A stretch of 60,585 nucleotides of DNA from a virus, in IMG/VR virus record IMGVR_UViG_3300028195_000002; one strand, 5' to 3'. Shown here one piece after another: positions 49,393-57,484 of the stretch. The notes below the pieces were generated by a model, which saw nothing but the letters and a program-made list of their open reading frames with translations, had not been told where the DNA came from and searched no databases. The stretch's first letter is position 1. Each line of letters opens with the position of its first letter. The translations under genes were made by a program, and so were the position numbers.

Positions 49393-50813
49393 CTTTTTGG
49401 CCTATACCCTACGTTATTTGTTTCAATTTCTGGCGTTATAAGTGACATCATCACCGCATCGGCCAAGTTGGGGCTTTCAATTTTCAATAATCGTTTCATT
49501 TCTATTTTTGTCATTATCTGAATCAATCCGTTGCCGGTTGGCTTCCGTGGGATACGGCAAATCTCTGAGCGCAACTGCTGCAAGTCTTTTATATCTGAAG
49601 AAAAGGAAATCATGGTGTCTGGGTCAAAATACTGGCCCTTTATGACAGCCAAGTATGTCCGATAAACCCTATCTCGCAAATACCAGTAATATTGCGCGCG
49701 TCTATTCCTAAAAGTTTCATAGTTTGACCGGCTTTTATTCTCATCTGTAATCATTTTGCCGGGATCTTCATAAATTTCATCCGGGTTTTCTACGCCGTTG
49801 CTGCCTTTGAACTCTACAGCCTTAATAGCCTTGCCTTTAAAAGAGTCTCTAACCTGACGACGCAAAGAAACACCCATGCCATCGCAATCCCAGACAAAAT
49901 GATCTGCACCGTTTTCAATGGCAAAATCCGTGGCCCAATCGCAACCGTCATTGACATCCCCAAATTTTTTAGACTGAGCATCTAAAAAAACAGACCCATG
50001 CCGGAAAGCCAAGCCTTTATCATCCGGCCCCAGGTCAGACGGATCATGCGAGGCAATCTTTGCGCCCCTGGGCTTGAATCCTAACTTTTTGTGAGCATCT
50101 ATGCAGGCGTCAAACCAATCAGCTGATATGATCGAATTCTCAATAGAATCGTTGTATTTTCCCTCCCAGACATGATCATAAAGCGCCCTTTCAAGGGTTT
50201 CATAGTCGTATTTTCTTTCTTTCTCCAGAACAGCGGGAAACCAGGGGTTGTCGGAGTGGTTGACGATAATAATTAAGTGCATATCGTCCTCAAAATATCC
50301 GTCACGATCCAATGCTGTTTGATATGGGACTATGAATCGCTGAGAGAAAGGGTCAGCACTGGACATCACATTACCCGTAAACCAAATTTCAGAATCTTCT
50401 ACCCTGACAGTAGGCGTTAATATTTTAATCGAATCCTTGGATAGAAATTGGGCTTCTTCCACCCAGAAATATTTAAATCCCTGCATAGATTTAATGCCGC
50501 CAATGGATCTGGCCAGGCCCCTAAAACGCAATTTCCCGCCATCATTGTGATCGATATATGATTTCTGAATTATAAACCCAGGGATTGCCAGTCGTTCAAT
50601 TTCTTCTTGAAGCAGAGCGTGGACAGAATCCTCAATACTGTTCTGATATTCCCGGAAACAACCGACTTTCGCAGCCTCAGTCTGAACTTTCATGGCCATG
50701 ATGTCTCCAATGGTGGTGCTTTTTGCACTGCCACGTCCGCCGATAATAACCTTGAACCTTTTCGGAATCTCAATTAATGGCAATAACTTCTCTGGGATAT
50801 CCATTGCAGGCAT
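49389..50813 (-). CDS. terL: Terminase large subunit
   Basis: 474 aa with Walker A IIGGRGSAKST, a Walker B-like FWVEEA, and a C-terminal nuclease-like region with conserved acidic residues. Confidence 0.85.
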   Translation of the reverse strand: MPAMDIPEKLLPLIEIPKRFKVIIGGRGSAKSTTIGDIMAMKVQTEAAKVGCFREYQNSIEDSVHALLQEEIERLAIPGFIIQKSYIDHNDGGKLRFRGLARSIGGIKSMQGFKYFWVEEAQFLSKDSIKILTPTVRVEDSEIWFTGNVMSSADPFSQRFIVPYQTALDRDGYFEDDMHLIIIVNHSDNPWFPAVLEKERKYDYETLERALYDHVWEGKYNDSIENSIISADWFDACIDAHKKLGFKPRGAKIASHDPSDLGPDDKGLAFRHGSVFLDAQSKKFGDVNDGCDWATDFAIENGADHFVWDCDGMGVSLRRQVRDSFKGKAIKAVEFKGSNGVENPDEIYEDPGKMITDENKSRSNYETFRNRRAQYYWYLRDRVYRTYLAVIKGQYFDPDTMISFSSDIKDLQQLRSEICRIPRKPTGNGLIQIMTKIEMKRLLKIESPNLADAVMMSLITPEIETNNVGYRPKR

Positions 50814-51433
50814 TAAGGATTTCCCCCGCCAGGCCGAATAGCATTAACAGTCCAGACCATATCTCTCTTTTTCCCATCATCAGGCTCAGCATCATCCTTG
50901 ATGTTATACGCCTGCCTCTCAAGGGCAATCCTTTGCGCCCTGACGGCTGCCAGATCTTTCAACGTTTTAGCTTTTTCGGATACTGTAAGATCAACATCGA
51001 TGGAGCTAATATCTCCCTGAAATGATGCAAACTGGCCTCTCTGGGGCTTGGCTCCAAGCTCAATTAAAAAAGTCTCTTCCAGTTCACACAGGGCTCTGAT
51101 CTCTACCCTGTGCCGCAGTTGGACATTGGTTCCGACATCGGCAGCCGTTTCGATATACTCATCATCTGATATCTTGTTACCTGTAACCGAACTTGTAACT
51201 AAACTTGTAACCAGTTTTTCTTTGATCCGCTTTTGCACTTTTTCAGCAAAGTTTCGGGTCCAGCTTTTTTGCTTGGCTTTTTTGATAATGGCAACATGAG
51301 TGACGGTTGTTTTCCAAACCTGTGAATTGACATGATCTGCTTCATACTGGGCGCAAATTTCGTTCAAAGATAGAGACCCAGCTCTATAAAGCTGTTCTAT
51401 GCTGTCCCAATCTATGTACTTCCTTTTAGCCAT
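50813..51433 (-). CDS. terS: Terminase small subunit (HTH)
   Basis: ATG at 51433 after GGAGAG. The N-terminus MAKRKYIDWDSIEQLYRAGSLSLNEICAQY is HTH-like. The stop overlaps the terL start. Confidence 0.55.
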   Translation of the reverse strand: MAKRKYIDWDSIEQLYRAGSLSLNEICAQYEADHVNSQVWKTTVTHVAIIKKAKQKSWTRNFAEKVQKRIKEKLVTSLVTSSVTGNKISDDEYIETAADVGTNVQLRHRVEIRALCELEETFLIELGAKPQRGQFASFQGDISSIDVDLTVSEKAKTLKDLAAVRAQRIALERQAYNIKDDAEPDDGKKRDMVWTVNAIRPGGGNP

Positions 51434-51606
51434 CAGTGAATCTCTCCATATTGGGGGTATCTTGAAAGTATGAGATTTATACTGAAAAGAGGATGCTCTT
51501 TTTTTATCAAGTCCCAATCAATCAGTTTTCTTTTAGTTTTTGTGGTAGGTGGGGTCAAAATTAATACATTTTCCCTTTTAGGTTATTATTTGGGAAATGT
51601 AAGCTT

Positions 51607-51647
51607 AAAAAAAAAGACAATCAATTATTTTTATTGATTGTCTTTTT
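51607..51647. terminator. Bidirectional rho-independent terminator
   Basis: 12-bp stem AAGACAATCAAT/ATTGATTGTCTT, flanked by an A-run and a T-run. It separates the Bro gene from the packaging operon. Confidence 0.6.
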
Positions 51648-51681
51648 ACTTTAGGGTGAAAACTCTTTAAAAAATTAAAAT

Positions 51682-52278
51682 CTACCTCATTTCAATCTCA
51701 AGAGGTATTTTGTCAAAATCTCCAAGCAGGTTACAATTCTCGCTGGCCAAAGGGAAAGCCTTCCTGATTGACCTGATGACAATCGACGTATCTCTTCTGG
51801 CTTTTTTAAGATTGTCTTTCACAGCTTCATACTCAACCAAAGCTTTTTCAATGTTCCAGAACGTATCCATGGTGGCCTGGAGGAACGATGCCACGGCCAG
51901 GGGTGATATTGCATCACGTCGGGTTGGTTCCTGGATATATGCCCCTGTTTTGCGGATCTGGGGCAAAACTTCAGATGTTACCCATTTGCGGAATTTCTTG
52001 GCCTGGGGTTTTCGGGATCTCATGATAAGAGAGTATAGGCCGGATTCTGAGATAATTGTTAATCCCTGTTTCCCACCAAGGGTGTCGGTTTTAACTATAC
52101 CCTTTTCATCATCTTCTAACATTTTGATTGCATGTCTTGGGTTTTTAATGTCAAGCGTCTTACAAACGTCAACATTAACAAACCAAACTGAACCGTCTGC
52201 TTTCTGAATGGTTCTAACTTCATGGTATGTGCTGTTCTTAAATTGGAAGGTAAATACTGAAGTGGATTGATCTTTCAT
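51682..52278 (-). CDS. Bro-N domain protein (antirepressor-like)
   Basis: 198 aa. VWFVNVDVCKTLDI, GLYSLIMRSRKPQAKKFRKWVTSEVLPQIRKTGAY is the classic Bro-N signature. Confidence 0.75.
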   Translation of the reverse strand: MKDQSTSVFTFQFKNSTYHEVRTIQKADGSVWFVNVDVCKTLDIKNPRHAIKMLEDDEKGIVKTDTLGGKQGLTIISESGLYSLIMRSRKPQAKKFRKWVTSEVLPQIRKTGAYIQEPTRRDAISPLAVASFLQATMDTFWNIEKALVEYEAVKDNLKKARRDTSIVIRSIRKAFPLASENCNLLGDFDKIPLEIEMR

Positions 52279-52579
52279 AGCGGATCTCCTTGAGTAAAAA
52301 AAATTTATTTTTCCGCCATTATGTTCTTAATCAAAAATGGCGGGCCATGTTCGGTTAAGAAACCGGCACCCAAGGAAACCGGCAGGCTTTTCAGCCTCCG
52401 CACATGACCCGCCAAGAAGATACAAATAAAAAAAACGCCGTACTTTTGGTGGGCGCTCATGCGCCTCGAGTATTCCCGGTTCTTAATCCGGGTCCAGGAT
52501 TTTGCCTGAACTTTGTTACCATTGCACGATTGTTTTTCCATGTCAAGTATTTATTTTTATTAGTTAATTCCAAAAAAGT

Positions 52580-52593
52580 TTCCCATCTGGGAA
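52580..52593. promoter_or_regulatory. Palindromic site TTCCCA-TC-TGGGAA
   Basis: Perfect half-sites, in the intergenic region between the TA module and the structured region upstream of the Bro gene. Confidence 0.45.
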
Positions 52594-52638
52594 AACACAA
52601 GCCAAAAAAAGAGCAACTAAAATAGTCACTCTTTAAAA

Positions 52639-52971
52639 TTAATCCTGTAATTGATCAGCAGATAACGCCATTGCATTGGCAAGCTTTTCAAGAGTTGCAG
52701 ATCTATTCGTATTTTCAACCCGTTCCATCTGAGAAAAAGCAGCTTGTGTTATCCCTGCTTTTTTTGCCACCTCTTTTTGAGTCAACCCCAGATAAAGTCT
52801 CCATGCCTTCACCAGGTTATAATTTTTTTTAATAACAAGCCCCACGACTTCATGGGGTACTAATCCGCTGTCTTTGTTTGGTACCATGGACAAATATTCG
52901 TCATAAGGGATAACCGCAAAAGCAGGAAGCCCATTTTGTTCAATTATTTGAATATTAGTAGGTCTGTTCAT
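52639..52971 (-). CDS. XRE-family HTH antitoxin
   Basis: HTH LGLTQKEVAKKAGITQAAFSQME. ATG at 52971 overlaps the toxin 3' end by 17 nt. Confidence 0.65.
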   Translation of the reverse strand: MNRPTNIQIIEQNGLPAFAVIPYDEYLSMVPNKDSGLVPHEVVGLVIKKNYNLVKAWRLYLGLTQKEVAKKAGITQAAFSQMERVENTNRSATLEKLANAMALSADQLQD

Positions 52972-53203
52972 CTCTTTTTTTAACCTCCTCAATTTGAATT
53001 ATTTCAAGGTCAGCAGTAAAGATAACTCTCCAACTACCAACTCTAAGTCTATAATCATCCCGGTTTGCAAGTTTTTTAATATTTCGGCAATTTGGGAAAG
53101 ACGATAACATACCAACCGCATCATAGATTTTATTTTTTGTTTGAAGATTCTTTATTTTTCGAATCTGCTTAACTGCTTTTTTATGCCATTTAATTTGCTT
53201 CAT
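52955..53203 (-). CDS. RelE/ParE-family toxin
   Basis: 82 aa. KKAVKQIRKI...YRLRVGSWRVIFTADLEIIQIEEVKKRDE is a typical RelE/ParE-superfamily pattern. The toxin is encoded first (HigBA-like order). Confidence 0.65.
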   Translation of the reverse strand: MKQIKWHKKAVKQIRKIKNLQTKNKIYDAVGMLSSFPNCRNIKKLANRDDYRLRVGSWRVIFTADLEIIQIEEVKKRDEQTY

Positions 53204-53209
53204 AATTTA

Positions 53210-53252
53210 TAATTAAACTTATATTTTAGCATTGTCAACTTATATTATAAGT
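53210..53252 (-). promoter_or_regulatory. Putative TA promoter (TTGACA-17-TAATTA) with overlapping palindrome ACTTATA-T-TATAAGT
   Basis: -35 is 53238-53233 and -10 is 53215-53210. The inverted repeat at 53238-53252 abuts the -35 element, and a third ACTTATA lies at 53217-53223. The -10 ends only 6 nt from the ATG. Confidence 0.4.
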
Positions 53253-53260
53253 CTATCTCC

Positions 53261-53659
53261 TTATTTTATAAGTTTAATCCCCAAATAATCCTTAATCAAC
53301 TCGATTGCCTCAGCGTGTCCCCGGCAAACAAGAGCTAAATATCCTTGCTCATTTAACAGCTTCATATATCTTTTTTGATCAATACTCACCACGCCACGGA
53401 AAACCCGTTTTAATTCAATATACAAACCCGAATAACGTCCAGTACAACTTTTAGCAGGCAAGACAATATCCGGGACTCCTTTTCGATTTCCTTGCAGGTA
53501 CATTTTTTTTCTAAGCTTAGGAGCCAACCTGACGCCATTCAATGTTCCATATGCCAATTGTAATTTTGAATATCGGATCTGGTTGGCTCTGATCCATTTG
53601 AAAATTATTTGTTGTTCTGTTTCTTCCAGGAGAGTTTTATCTTTTGTTGCTTTTTTCAA
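53261..53659 (-). CDS. VRR-NUC domain nuclease
   Basis: 132 aa. EQQIIFKWIR...GVPDIVL...GLYIELKR...SIDQKRYM matches the VRR-NUC PD-(D/E)XK pattern. Confidence 0.7.
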   Translation of the reverse strand: MKKATKDKTLLEETEQQIIFKWIRANQIRYSKLQLAYGTLNGVRLAPKLRKKMYLQGNRKGVPDIVLPAKSCTGRYSGLYIELKRVFRGVVSIDQKRYMKLLNEQGYLALVCRGHAEAIELIKDYLGIKLIK

Positions 53660-53769
53660 TTTTTATTTTTCCTTTTTTATTCTTTTTTATTTTCTATCTT
53701 CACACACAAAATCATAAATATGTTTTCCAGTCTTAAGCTGGAAATATATATATTTATATATACTCTCGT

Positions 53770-54067
53770 CCGGATAACCGGATAAGCAAAAAATTCAATG
53801 ATTTCAGATAGTTTCCTTATCCGGATGGCCCGTCCGGATAAGCACCCGTCCGGATAAGCAAAAATGGCCATTCTTTATCCGGATGACAAATCCGGATAAG
53901 CCCGGATAAGAAATTATTTTTTTTATTAATCAATAATATCAATGGTTTAAAACCATTCTTTATCCGGATGACAAATCCGGATAAGCCCGGATAAGGAATC
54001 GGGTTTTTTGTAACTCTTATCCGGATGGCCCGTCCGGCAGAGTCCGGATAAGCAATATCCGGATAAG
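53770..54067. repeat. Iteron array / putative replication origin
   Basis: Ten exact CCGGATAAG, one CCGGATAAC, and four inverted copies ((C/T)TTATCCGG) in about 300 bp. There is a 43-bp direct repeat (53868-53910 and 53953-53995) and a central AT-rich tract (53911-53950). Confidence 0.6.
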
Positions 54068-54106
54068 CAAATGCTATTTTTGCCATAAAATATGTGTCTT
54101 TTTTGA

Positions 54107-56170
54107 TCATTTTTTTATGATATCCAGGACTGTTTTATTACTGTTACCTGTGCCGGTTTTTATCCACTTTGCCACACCCTTTTTAACCATAAAATCTGTT
54201 ATATCTTTATAGCTTTTTGTTCTTTCAAATGATGAGTGATTTTCTTTCATGGTGTTGGCAATTTCTTTTGTTTGCGATCCTTCTCCAAGTGCATAAAGGG
54301 TATATAGCCCTTTATCATCTTTAAGCAGTCCATGCAGAGTATTAGCCATTTCAGATAACTCTGTATTCTGTAAAGTCGTATATTCCAATACGCCGCCTTC
54401 TCCTCTTTTAAAATAAAGAGGGTGGCTTCCCCTGGGTGAATAATTATTCTTAGGTGCATCAAAAATTACAAAATTATGTGGATCTGTAATCCTATAATAG
54501 TCTGCCGTATTTTTATCCATGGGAATCATACCAGCCTGCCAACGACAACCATCGACAACCGACGACGCACCCCTGTTCATAGCCTGAGACAGCTTTCCTG
54601 CTTTATCTTCTGCCGTATGGGCAGCAAACAGGATGTTTGTATTATACCTTTTTCTAAGAGTTTCAAGACACCCAACCCATTGGGTGCCATGGTCATTGTT
54701 ATTCTCTTCCAGGCCATAAAAACGGCTTTTAGGGTCAAGGATAACAACGTCCACTCCTGGATGCCCTTTTATAGTTTCATCCAACCAATAGAAACCATCT
54801 GCTCGGACCGGATTCTTTCCATCCATTTTCATTAAAGGCCCCACCTCACCATACACACTGGCTGCATAAAGATTTTTAGAGGGTTTCCCCTTGCAGATAT
54901 CCCAAAAACGCCGCCCTAGTTCGTCCTGGTCATCCTCTCCAAAGATACAAAGGGTTTTAAGTGGCTTCGGCGCCTTGATCGGCCCAAAACTGCCCCCGGT
55001 TGCAAAGGCCTGTGCCAAAGACATCAGAAAAAAGGTTTTCCCGGTCCCGCCCGTGGCTGCCAGAACGCCCACTACGCCCTTTGGCATAAAACCTACACCA
55101 TTAAGGGTTAATATGTATTTCCTGGGTGCAGGTTTTTTGATTAGCCAGCTTGTAAGGGCTGTGCTGTTTTCCATAAAAGGGGGAATGATTTGCCGTTCTG
55201 CCTCCACTCCCGTCTTCACTAATTGAGCAACAACAGCGGTTGGCCCTTCCATGGCAAAAAGATCATTAAAGTCAGTAGGCGGTTTGTCACCTGGATCTAC
55301 ATTCTGAAACACTGGCCATACAAAAGGCACCCCGATATCTAAGGCCGCCTCTTTGGCTTTTGTAACACCAGGATTGCCAGGAACGTGTCTGTCGTCATCT
55401 GCTGCAATGGTAATATAGTGAGACGGGAATATTTCCCTTATAACTTTTGCAACCCTGGGCAGGTTCCCAGAATCAAAGGCACATATAACCGTTGCCCCGG
55501 TTGCCTCATGAATTGACGCCCCGGTTGAATAACCTTCACAAATATAAAGCTTATTATTACCCTGGGCTCCCTCAAATTCAAAGAAAAACCCCTTCCTTGC
55601 TCCTAAAGGCTGATATTTCTTATCCCCGTTTGGTTTGATGTATTGAAGGGAGTGGATCTCTTTATTCCCATCAATAGAAGGAATTAAAAGCCGATCTTTT
55701 TTATCAACTCTTAAATGATGAGAATTCACACCCTTTTTTTCAAGGTATGAATGGGCCATACCGATAACCGGCATAGCAGCACCCCATTCTTTTTTGGCAA
55801 TTATTTTAGCCTGGGCATGGTTCTTTTTTTCCTGTGCCTTCCTGATAGCCTTGGCCGCTTCCATGTCCTTTCTGTATTTTTCACGCTGTTTATATGTCAA
55901 CGTGCCTTCAGAGACAGAACACCAGGTTCCTTTTATCCCCTTTTGCCAATCTCCGAAAGCGGCTCCGCATATGTCGCCCTGGAAAAACACATACCAGCAG
56001 GCCTTCTTTTTACCAAGCCTGTGTAATTCTCCATCAGCGATAATCCCCCCGGGGTCAAGGCCATGCTCTGCCAGTTTTTCGGCGAAAGCCTGAATAGGAT
56101 CTTGAGGGGCTTGGTTGCTATCTTCCTTCGGCTCTCTTTGTGGCGGTGCATTGTTAAAATCTATTGGCAT
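54107..56170 (-). CDS. Bifunctional Toprim primase / RecA-fold (AAA_25-like) replicative helicase
   Basis: 687 aa. Toprim motifs LYICEGYSTGASIHEATG and TIAADDD, followed by Walker A LAATGGTGKTFF and IFGEDD. Confidence 0.75.
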   Translation of the reverse strand: MPIDFNNAPPQREPKEDSNQAPQDPIQAFAEKLAEHGLDPGGIIADGELHRLGKKKACWYVFFQGDICGAAFGDWQKGIKGTWCSVSEGTLTYKQREKYRKDMEAAKAIRKAQEKKNHAQAKIIAKKEWGAAMPVIGMAHSYLEKKGVNSHHLRVDKKDRLLIPSIDGNKEIHSLQYIKPNGDKKYQPLGARKGFFFEFEGAQGNNKLYICEGYSTGASIHEATGATVICAFDSGNLPRVAKVIREIFPSHYITIAADDDRHVPGNPGVTKAKEAALDIGVPFVWPVFQNVDPGDKPPTDFNDLFAMEGPTAVVAQLVKTGVEAERQIIPPFMENSTALTSWLIKKPAPRKYILTLNGVGFMPKGVVGVLAATGGTGKTFFLMSLAQAFATGGSFGPIKAPKPLKTLCIFGEDDQDELGRRFWDICKGKPSKNLYAASVYGEVGPLMKMDGKNPVRADGFYWLDETIKGHPGVDVVILDPKSRFYGLEENNNDHGTQWVGCLETLRKRYNTNILFAAHTAEDKAGKLSQAMNRGASSVVDGCRWQAGMIPMDKNTADYYRITDPHNFVIFDAPKNNYSPRGSHPLYFKRGEGGVLEYTTLQNTELSEMANTLHGLLKDDKGLYTLYALGEGSQTKEIANTMKENHSSFERTKSYKDITDFMVKKGVAKWIKTGTGNSNKTVLDIIKK

Positions 56171-56212
56171 TGTTTTCCCCTTCTATCTATAAGGACCGTC
56201 CTGAAAACTTCC

Positions 56213-56242
56213 ATAATTGTTTCCTTTTTGGGAAAAAAGCAA
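56213..56242 (-). promoter_or_regulatory. Putative promoter upstream of primase (TTGCTT-18-AATTAT) with palindrome in the spacer
   Basis: The palindrome TTCCTT-TT-TGGGAA at 56221-56234 sits inside the spacer, the same architecture as at 10108-10136. Confidence 0.4.
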
Positions 56243-56662
56243 TTAAAAAAATAGAGAATCCCATTTCTCTACAAGATTTTCCGTGCCTCTGTCAAAATAA
56301 AGAGAGAGGGAATTCAACAGATTCAGGACTGCTTGATCACAATATTTTATAGTGGCCCCGCCTGGGGGACAAAGAATCGAAGTATTTGTCCTTTCCAATA
56401 ATTTAAAACAAAAAGCCGCCCCGTCACAGTTTAAGGCAATTCCACCGCCAAATTCTTCAAAAAGGACATTTATTTCGTCTATGTAGGCCGCATCTGGTTG
56501 CGGTAATTGACGCAGGCGGTTATCAATCTGATGCATCAACGCCCGGCACAATCTACGGATTTTCCCTTGTGGGAGCCCAATCTTAATTGCATTTTCCGGC
56601 ATTGACTTAATTAAAAACAATGTGGACATTCTTTTCTTTTGATCATTTGTTAAGAAATTCAT
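56243..56662 (-). CDS. Hypothetical protein
   Basis: 139-aa ORF whose start overlaps the upstream stop. Confidence 0.45.
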   Translation of the reverse strand: MNFLTNDQKKRMSTLFLIKSMPENAIKIGLPQGKIRRLCRALMHQIDNRLRQLPQPDAAYIDEINVLFEEFGGGIALNCDGAAFCFKLLERTNTSILCPPGGATIKYCDQAVLNLLNSLSLYFDRGTENLVEKWDSLFF

Positions 56663-57186
56663 ACTAAATACTCCTTCATTTTAATTTCTATATTCTTTTT
56701 AAAGGCTTCCATGGTTGAATTATTCTCTATTTCAATATCATATGAGTATTCCCCATACAGCCGGTCCCCGGTTAAATTCAACCCGTTCTTTTCGGCTTTA
56801 AGCTCGGCCTGGGTATTAATAACCCTGACGGCAACGCAAGGGAGTCCGACGGTTTTGCAATGAGTTACCAGTTTTTCAATTTCGTCTGGTTCCCGGATAT
56901 CGACAAAAAGCAGGTCTATTTTAAAAACAATTGCCGATTCAATTTCCAAGATCACCTTTTTAGTGGGAATATCATTGTATGCAATGGCAACCTGTTTTAA
57001 CCCGGCCAAAAGGTTCCTGCCCCTTGCGTCTTTGACTCCATCCCATCCAAACTCTTTTTTTGCCACTTTTTTGATCCAATCTATTGAAGAGTAGGAATGG
57101 GTGTCCAGCCATGTTGATTCCTTGAAATATTCAACAAGGGTTCCCTTGCCTGCCTCTGCCGGTCCGTTCAGTATAAAAATTTTCAT
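56659..57186 (-). CDS. P-loop dNMP-kinase-like protein
   Basis: ATG at 57186 after AAGGAA. Walker A LNGPAEAGKGT at the extreme N-terminus; the size and layout are those of phage deoxynucleotide kinases. Confidence 0.5.
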   Translation of the reverse strand: MKIFILNGPAEAGKGTLVEYFKESTWLDTHSYSSIDWIKKVAKKEFGWDGVKDARGRNLLAGLKQVAIAYNDIPTKKVILEIESAIVFKIDLLFVDIREPDEIEKLVTHCKTVGLPCVAVRVINTQAELKAEKNGLNLTGDRLYGEYSYDIEIENNSTMEAFKKNIEIKMKEYLV

Positions 57187-57196
57187 TATTTCCTTA

Positions 57197-57484
57197 TTAA
57201 ATGCCTTTGTATTTAGCTTCAAGTTTACCTATCATTTGTTCAATCGCAGAGAGAATTCTCCATTGGTTTCGGGTGTACCTTCCTGTAAACAGAAAACTCA
57301 CTTGCTCGAATTTGCCGTTGACAAACACGATGGTCACCTCTCCGTTGGTTTTGACCATAAGGTTTCCACCAGAGTTGATGGTAAGCTTGTAAACGTCTGT
57401 CCGTGTTAATTCCATGCCATATAAAAGTTTTTGTTGGCTCATAATGCGATAGTTAACTTTCAAGCGTAGAGCAGTAAAGTTCAA
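57197..57484 (-). CDS. Hypothetical protein
   Basis: 95-aa ORF. Confidence 0.4.
   Translation of the reverse strand: MNFTALRLKVNYRIMSQQKLLYGMELTRTDVYKLTINSGGNLMVKTNGEVTIVFVNGKFEQVSFLFTGRYTRNQWRILSAIEQMIGKLEAKYKGI

Noticed and set aside
52305-52541. A 78-aa ORF as a protein-coding gene.
   Set aside because: There is no RBS, and its ATG is embedded in a perfect TTGACA -35-like hexamer. The sequence is dominated by short GC hairpins. I treated it as a candidate structured RNA, with low confidence either way.
53677-54110. Track ORFs 53677-53871 and 53817-54110 (with repeated AYPD/IRIR peptides), and the possibility that the repeats form a CRISPR array.
   Set aside because: The peptides simply translate the CCGGATAAG iterons. 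The repeats are only 9 bp, occur in both orientations with irregular spacing of 1-40 nt, and share flanks. That is not CRISPR repeat-spacer architecture.
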